From: Hydrolagus affinis | Taxonomy: Eukaryota | Reading direction: 5' to 3' | Assembly: GCA_012026655.1 (NCBI GenBank) | Contig: JAAILG010001749.1 | Location: forward strand, 1 to 62,180 | Length of the DNA: 62,180 nucleotides | Shown here: one piece after another, positions 54,381 to 62,180 of the stretch | Numbering within the stretch: the stretch's first letter is position 1 | Layout: each line of letters starts with the position of its first letter | The notes under the pieces: generated by a model | What the model saw: the letters and a program-made list of their open reading frames with translations, nothing else | What the model was told of the DNA's origin: nothing | Database searches by the model: none | Translations under genes and position numbers: made by a program

Positions 54381-57294
54381 TCCTCCCCAACTCTTATGGG
54401 GAGAAAAGTAATCTCTCAACTTGTTCCATCCTTGTTTGCTTGCATCTACTTTATAAAGTTCCTGTCTACATTTTAATGTTCTCCTTTCATCTTTTTCCAA
54501 CGCAATCAAGGTCTTTTCAGTGAATTTCTCTAGACAACATGGAACAGAGAAACCATCAGTAGCTACTTTTACATTCTGCATTTTTGCTTCCAATCCCAAC
54601 GTGAGTCATCATTTTATCAGATTCCTGGATTCAAGTATTTACAAGTATTTACGTTGAAAGGACTTTCTTTCACTTTCAACCCCTGCTTAAATCTGATTTT
54701 TATAACACATCCCAAATGACTACCCATCCCTTTAAATGCAGTTGTATATCTGGAAGATGGCCAATTCAATAAGATCAATGGTTTTCTGTCATCGCACACT
54801 TAATTCTCATTTATATTGACTATGTAACCAAGGACACCGATTCAGTTACAACACTTGATTTAAACTATACATTTAAATCAAATTTACTTCCTTTCCGACT
54901 TCCATTTTGTGCTAAAGTTTGGATTTAACTCAATCTTTTTTTTTAACCCCTGCGTTGAAATTACAAAGTGAGTTTGAGCCTCCAGTGCTTTTCGTTTAGC
55001 GTAGCATCGGGGACTGATTTCCCAATGTACGAGTGATTCAGTCAATCTCAGGGGAGCCCCACAGAGAGGGCCAGACATTCTCGAGGAGAAAGGCTGGAAA
55101 ACACAAGACTCCCCAAAGCAATCTTAGTAAAATGATCGACGATGATCTTGTCCAGTGGTGTGTGAGGAGACAATAACGAAACCTAAACTAAGGGGACATA
55201 TCACACCAAAATGAAAGGTCAGTGAGTGTTAGAAAAAAAATATGAATAGTGTGGGTTTTAGATGGCAGCGAGCATTCCAAATTCGAATCCATTCAAAATT
55301 CCCAAATGGCTACGTTGCTTTTGGAGGTTTACTCCTTAATATTTCCTAAAAATGGGCCGTTAAAAAGAGGCCATTTTGTTCTGTGGATAATTGTCAATCT
55401 GCCACCATGGAAAATAATTAGAGACAAATTTCACCTGTAACGTTCTCCGAGTACAGTCAAGCATCTCACCTGACGTGCTGCTGAAATCCGAAGGGACGGA
55501 ACCATTTTCTTCTTATCTCTTGCAATTCCCCAGTGTCACTGATTCTTACTGGTTTGGGTTGGAACTGCAGAGAGCCTCAGAATAGTGGCTTGTGAGTAGC
55601 AATGTCTTCAGTAATTTGAGTTTTCGGAGGCTATTCAGACCATCCATCCATCCACCCAACAACAACAACTAAGTTACATTTGTATAGCGCCTTTCACGTC
55701 GGGAGGACGTCCCAAGCTGCTGGACAGATAGTATTCCCAACCCAAGCTGGAGGTACGGATTGGGGAGGGTGGAGGGCAGAAGGGGGGAAGGAGATTGATC
55801 GAAAGCATGGTCAAAGAGGATGGCTTTGAGGTGAGGCTTCACAGGTTGTCGACAAAGTCCTGCTACCCCCAATGTTTTTTTTTCTACTGAGCGCTGACCA
55901 ACAATGGAGACATGCGGAAGAATTATGATAATTCAAAACTACTCAATTGTATTCAGTATAAGTGCATAACTGTATTTAGACGTCCAGAGGATCGGTGTGT
56001 GTGAGTGCAAACAGTCGTGGATTAAAGTGACTGTTTTTTTTAAAAAGAGGGATTATTCCCCCGGGAAGCGATCCGCCCATCGAATAACAACCGGGTTCCT
56101 ACTCACTGCTAGATAAACAGAGGTGGGTTGAGTAAGGAAACTTGCCTAAGGTTTTGTCCTGCCCGGAAATCAAACCCGAGGCCTCTTGTTGCAAGGTGAG
56201 TGCTCTACCCATTAAGCCACGGGACTCCCCAACTATTCGCAGTCCTTTCTCTCACTAACAGGAATGCGTAGTAAGAACCCTGGCCGATTCTATTTTACGA
56301 GCCCAATTGTAGGATCTCCAAAACCATGGAGGCTGGCAACCACAAGCCTGCAAAGCGAATGCTGTAACCAATATGCTCTGGGACTGAAGTCGTTTTGTGG
56401 TCAGTGTTCCTGCATGATAAAACTCTGAGCGTGAATTTCAACTTGCATTGACACAGCGCTCTTCACGCAATGTAGCATCTCGGAGCGCTTAATGAAATTT
56501 ATCTTTGCTAAACCTTGCTTCACACAAACCAACTAGTGACTGCAGATCAATATCTCTGAACATAACTCGATAGTTGCAAATGGCCTTTGCAGTTAATGTA
56601 AACCATAAAGGCCTCTGAAAATAACTAAACTATCTCTCCCCATCATTGATTTTCTTTTGTGTGTGTCCCCCCCCACCCCTCCTCCTCCCTCCGCAACTGA
56701 TATCGGACAGCCATTGGTAAACACATCAACGCCTTGCGGATAGCCTACTGAGAGTGATGCATCACAAATGCTTTTCAACAGCTTCTTATACACAACGCTG
56801 AACGCACAACAGCGCAAGCTGGAAAACTAGTTTTCTTAACAGATATACGCTGTTAAAAAAAATATATTATCAGGAGTCTGAAATTCTGCAGCGGCAGGTT
56901 TATACGGAATAATCGATGAATTACATGGACATTGGATTGCCTCGGGAATGCAGTTTTGCATTCCGATAACAACATCCTTTTTTTTCTCTCCCTTTAAACG
57001 GTTCTGAAATGATTCTGCGGTAAATACAACAGGTTTTGGTGTCTGGCTTACGTTCAGACCTGACATGGTAACCTGAGGAATTGAGTTCACCTCCTCTCCT
57101 ACTCGTCCGTAGCTTCAAAACCAAGGGGGATAATTGCTGGTTGGAAATTAAATCGTGCGCATGAGAATTCAGATATTGCGGTGAATTATTATTCGTCGAT
57201 TAGCAGTGAGACTGTGCAAGTTAAGATTTACTGTATAAGTATTATCTCCCCACAATACTTGCTTGGCTGCATTGTCCCTCAACGGATCGACTTT

Positions 57295-57790
57295 GTGGAG
57301 CTCCTGCAGCTCAGTGGTTAGAGCACTCGCCGTACAAGCGTCAGACCTGTGTTTCGAATCCAGGCAGGTCAGGGCGAAACCTTGGGCAAGTTTCTTTACT
57401 CTACACACACCTAATAATAATCCGTGCAAAAAACGCTCACAATAATGAAAATTGGTCATTTCAATCCGTGACTGTTTGTGGGGGACGCTGTTGTGCACAA
57501 TTGGCTGCCGCGTTTCGCCCACAAATATATACAGTCAATTCACTTTACAGTACATTCTGTAAAGCGCTTTGAGACATCGATAAAACGTGATTGTTCTGCG
57601 GGGTTAATAATCCCTTAAAAAATAATTATAATTTGATCACTCGATCCACAACTCCTTGCCGGACACTCCATTGGCTACTGCGTTTTGCCCACCAAAATGC
57701 TCAGTCAATTCACTTTACAGTATGTTCTGTGAAGTGGTTTGAGACGTTGCAATGCCATGATAAGGTGCTATATCAATTGCAAGGATTGTA
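57295..57790 (+). mobile_element. Near-full SINE followed by a second SINE 3' half
   Basis: Head at 57295; second body starts at about 57605. Confidence 0.88.
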
Positions 57791-58127
57791 ATTAATCGCA
57801 TCACACCCCAGCATCTCTCTGACCTTGTACTGTACACCTCCACTCACTCGATTTGGAACTCCCGTCCTTCTGCCTCGCCCCCTCTCTATCTGTCATCAAA
57901 TCCTACCTCCTCCTCCTCCTCTGCGCTAGGCTCACTTCCCCTCTCCCACCTCAACCTTTGCTCAGTGTCTGACCCACTACCATGAAGTGCCGCGAGACGG
58001 ATTTGTGGGTTCAAAGCCCGTGGCCACGCTTTGAACTCAGTCTACGGTGACATTTCTGTTCAAGTGAATGTTGAAGAACTCGCTACTTGAAAAGAGAAGG
58101 GAGTTTCTCCCTTTGACCTGGCCATCG

Positions 58128-58370
58128 ACAACAAAATTACATTGATAGAGCGCATTTCACGTCGGGCGGGAGGACCTCCCAAGGCGCTGAACAGTCAGGT
58201 CGGGACCCGAGCAAGGGGGAGGGTTAGGGTGGGTGGAGGGAGAGAGTTGGGAGGGCAGCAGAAGGCACGGTCGAAGAGGACGATCTTGAGCCCGGCCTTG
58301 AAGGAGACGAGGGAGGAAGCGAGACGAAGGGATTGTGGGATGGAGTTCCAGAGTGTGGGGGGGGCAGTGA
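58128..58370 (-). mobile_element. L2-type LINE 3' end
   Basis: APPTLWNSIPQSLRLASSLVSFKAGLKIVLF on the minus strand; (CAA)n tail. Confidence 0.87.
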
Positions 58371-59812
58371 GTGGAGGCATCAATCTCCTAAATAAAATTT
58401 GTTACTTCTTTCACAGCTGTTTGTGTCGCACATTGACATGTGTAAACCGTCTGCTACATTTACATAGTTTGAAGACTTTAAGACCCCCCACACCCCCACC
58501 CCGTCCTGATGTGAAAGACGCGATTAATAATACTGCATTTAACAGCTTTTTATAAGCTTCTCATAGTATCTCACAGGATACACTGTAAAGTAGAGTGATG
58601 TGCATTTTGGTTCTGTGGTAAAGACAATTTAAGTTTTGTGGTTGAACGTGGAATGAGCCGTCAAGCGCATTTAGCAGAAAACTGAAATATTGCACAAGGC
58701 AAATGATACAATTAATTCAGGGGGATGTTAGAAATGCAAGGTGCAGGCAGCAAAGCCACCGGTGAGATATGTAGATAGCGGGTATTAATCTGACAATAAC
58801 ATGAGTACGGCTAATTACTTTTCACACTTAATTACCACCAACGGAAAATGAGTTGCCCCGAGTTGGAGAGACACATGCTGTGGAGGGAGGTGAGAAAATC
58901 TTAAAGTGCTGTGCAAATCAAACTTTGTCAGCAGTGAGCTAATAAAACCCATGTCTAATTTTCTGTTGTCGAATTGCTTTGGAAGCCATTATGAATGAGC
59001 TTGTCAGTGATTTTTCCCAAATACTGACGTAAAACAGCGTTAAATAAACAGAGATAAGTAAACAGTGGCAATCCTTCTGCCCTCACACACAGTTCAACCC
59101 CTCACCCTCACAGTACGCCCATGTTATTACAAACGCCCCCACCCAACACCACCACCACCCCACCCCATGCCCTCCCACAAACGTGCGGCTACACACACGC
59201 CTAGTCTCGCACTCACTTCACACTTGTGGGATGCTATCAGACACTGTAACTGGCACAGTGCTTTGAGATGTCTTCTCAACCTGAAAAAAACACACTATAT
59301 ATACGCGTAAATAGTGTTGTGATTATATTGCCAGTGAGATACGCGGATGATCTGTTTTGAAATGTAGATTTGCATGCACACGTTCAATTCTCTCACCACA
59401 TACACACGTGTATAATCCTTGCTCCCACCCAACCGCACACACAAATAATTTTGCCTCCTCGCCTACCACCCACACCCCACTCTCCCTTGCTCTGGCTCCA
59501 ATGGGAGTGTTTCTCATTGGACCTATTCCTATCGCCAATACCAATTAAATCTCCTTTCTGGTCTCAGCTGCTAAGTATCTGAAGGTATCAGAGAAAGATG
59601 ATGAGATGCCCTGTGTTTTAGACATTTATTTACTTCTGAGGGTCTTTGAAAAGTACACAGCGCTCACCCAGACTTTGCACAAACATCCTTTGGGGGTTTT
59701 GACACCCTCCTGTTCTACAAATTAATGCTCCGAGATTATAATCTGCAGACAACTACTAGTGCAAGTGATTAAATTGCTAAGAACAGATATTAATGAAATG
59801 TTCCTCATTATC

Positions 59813-59985
59813 TAATAATAATAACTTGCATTCGATATAGCGCTTTTCACGTCTTCTAGACGTCTCAAAGCGCTTCACAGAATACACTGTAAAGTGAATT
59901 GACTTTACAATTATGTGGGCGAAACGCGGTAGCCAATTGCACACAGCAGCGTCCCCCACAAACAGTCATGGATTGAAATGATCAA
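59813..59985 (-). mobile_element. SINE 3' half
   Basis: Reverse-complement body and tail. Confidence 0.87.
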
Positions 59986-60637
59986 TCTATGCGTTCACAA
60001 CCGATACATTTTGCGCACACTGCGCACACTGCTTATCGTTCCTGAGCAAGCGACGGAGGTAGGAGAATAGAGGGTGGCAGCTGTCTGAAGTCAGAGTAGG
60101 TCAATCGATCTTGACTGATTTGAGTAGATCTTCATAACTCTCTGGACTTCAGGACACTTCACTTTGCCTTTTGCTCCAGATTTGTATTGGCCCAAACTCA
60201 CCATCTGTATCCATTAGCGTTTCTCTGGCAAGGCCAAATGCCCTGTACTCATTACACTCAAGTATATCTATTGCCTTACATTTGCAGCCTTACCACATCG
60301 TCGTATTATTTCTTTCCAAGTGACCCATCTTTCTTAATGCTCTTCAGGTTAGTAATGGCTGATGATTTATCATGTCATCGTGTCTTTGTATCGTATTATT
60401 CATCTCCAAGCGACACCGATCATTCCTTTACTCTTAAATTCCTTTCTCTCTCTCTCATGTGTACATCTCACTTCTTCATTAATGCATCCGTCACTGAAAG
60501 GCGCTCTATCAAGGTAATTTTGTTGTTGTTGCATCTGTTTCGATCACCACTTCAGGAGGTGAGGTTCACATTCTCACCACCGTCACCTAGTTGTTTTATT
60601 ACTTGGTTACAGACTTGGTTCCCACCAAGTGCGAACT

Positions 60638-60745
60638 GTGGAGTCCCTGTAGCTCATTGGTTAGAGCACTCGCCTTACAAGTGTCAGACCTGTGTTTCAA
60701 ATCCAGGCAGGTCAGGGCGAAACCTTGGGCAAGTTTCCTTACTCC

Positions 60746-60776
<31 letters not shown>

Positions 60777-61010
60777 TGTCTAATAATAATAATCCCTCCA
60801 AAAAAAGCACAATCATAAATTGGTCATTTCGATCCACGACTGTTTGTGGGGACGCTACTGTGCGCAATTGGCTGCCGCGTTTCGCCCGCAAACATATACA
60901 GTCAATTCACTTTACATTTTACTGTGAAGCGCTCTGAGACATCTAGAAGACGTGAAAAGGCACTATATCAAATACAAGGATTATTATTATTATTACTACT
61001 ACTATTATCA
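60638..61010 (+). mobile_element. Full-length SINE with internal (CA)n
   Basis: Head, (CA)n at ~60745-60775, body, (TTA)n tail. Confidence 0.92.
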
Positions 61011-61352
61011 TCACCATATATAATTGCAAGTTGTTGCTATTGCGCGGTGTCGCGCTAGTAAACCTACTTCCCAAATTGCGGAAGTCTGTCTGACGTGAGG
61101 AACGCTGTTCATTTTGAGCTTCCTGCATGTCGCAAGGGTTTTTTTTGTTCGCGGAAAAAAACAGTACAGTGTTTTGTATGCGGTTTCCTTTATTTTGTGC
61201 TTCAACTGCGAGCGAGACCAGACAGCAGTACACGCCCCCCAACCCCCCCCCACCCCCATCACAAATACTTCAATGACATCCGGAGCAGACCCCGGACGCA
61301 GACAGGTAGCAGCTAATGAGGAACCGATCTCTGCTCAGGGTGCTGCAGGGTG

Positions 61353-61353
<1 letters not shown>

Positions 61354-61388
<35 letters not shown>

Positions 61389-61399
61389 GTGTGTGTGTG
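61354..61399. repeat. (TG)n microsatellite
   Basis: Directly visible. Confidence 0.95.
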
Positions 61400-62010
61400 C
61401 GTAAAAAAAAAAAGTGCTTGATTTTCAAAGAAGTGTTTTTATATTAAAAGCTAAAGGTTCCTCCAGCCTGGACTCTCACTTTCCAAGCCAACCTCAACCT
61501 TTAAAGCGATTAAAGGGTGAAACAACACTGTGTGCATTTTGGGGGCAGTCGGTCGTGTGTGAAAGTGGTCACTTTTGGTTTTTAAGTTAATAATTCCAAT
61601 CACATGTGTGTGTGGGTGGGTGGGTGTGTGGCTGGCGGGTGGGTTCTGACCTATCTGTTGATAAGACTATTTAATATAACAGTAAGTAGGATTTCGTAAA
61701 GTCTGTCACATAACGCACACCTCCTTTCTTTCAGGGCCTTTGGACATCCTACCGACGTGAAAGGCGCTCTATAAATATAATGTTCTTGTTCTGATGTAAG
61801 TCCCATCTGAAATTCTACCTCTTCCAGCTATCCTTGGCCATATCTCTCTCTCTCTCTGCATCCCAACCCAATCCTGTAAAGTTCTCCCAAGAGTTCCCCC
61901 CCACCCCCCCGGTGAAGGACCTAACATAAAACGCAAGACGTTGCTGTTGTGAAGTTAATGTGGAGTAGGGAACTGTGTCTGGCATAGCGGTTGTCTTCCA
62001 TCAGTCAATT

Positions 62011-62180
62011 GTGGAGCTCCTGTGGCTCAGTGGTTAGAGCACTTGTCTTGCAAGCTGGGGAGACCAAGCTGGGGAGACCTGTGTTCGAATCCAGGCAGGT
62101 CAGGGCGAAACCTTGGGCAAGTTTCCTTACTCCACACGCCTAATAATAATCCCTCCAAAAAAAAAAACACAATAATAAAA
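62011..62180 (+). mobile_element. SINE 5' part (cut by window end) with the same 14-bp internal duplication as 3835-4179
   Basis: caagctggggagac x 2 at 62051-62078. Confidence 0.92.

Noticed and set aside
60187-60783. Longest ORF in the window (198 aa)
   Set aside because: Non-ATG start; runs through an L2 tail, a SINE head and (CA)n; no recognisable domain.
41100-62180. A downstream protein-coding gene (e.g. the human neighbour CHST2)
   Set aside because: No long ORF or exon with recognisable protein similarity on either strand. Small or non-coding exons cannot be excluded by eye.

Overview
Eukaryotic (vertebrate) genomic DNA, not prokaryotic. The repeat landscape (tRNA-headed SINE with Deu-like and L2-like 3' end, L2, CR1, Tigger-like elements) suggests a cartilaginous fish, probably a chimaera; this is inference. 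Bases 627-40644 hold the 3' 23 coding exons of U2SURP (SR140) on the + strand. All introns are GT-AG and the exon phases join into one open frame of 2663 nt ending at TAG 40642-40644, covering the RRM, SURP, CID, acidic/cwf21 and RS regions. The 5' exons lie upstream of the window, and poly(A) signals follow at about 41.03-41.07 kb. The remaining ~21 kb is repeat-rich, with no coding exon I can support. Almost all six-frame ORFs outside the exons are repeat-derived or chance. I see no new multi-gene system. Most notable: (1) an extra in-frame 60-nt exon that looks like a diverged duplicate of the end of the preceding CID exon; (2) a candidate stop-containing poison exon in the long intron after the 44-nt exon; (3) a fold-back Tigger/pogo derivative with ~200-bp arms in the last intron; (4) a local templated duplication inside a SINE; (5) a decayed Penelope-type hammerhead. 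Exon letters are my own labels, and human comparisons and repeat family names are from memory, not a database search.
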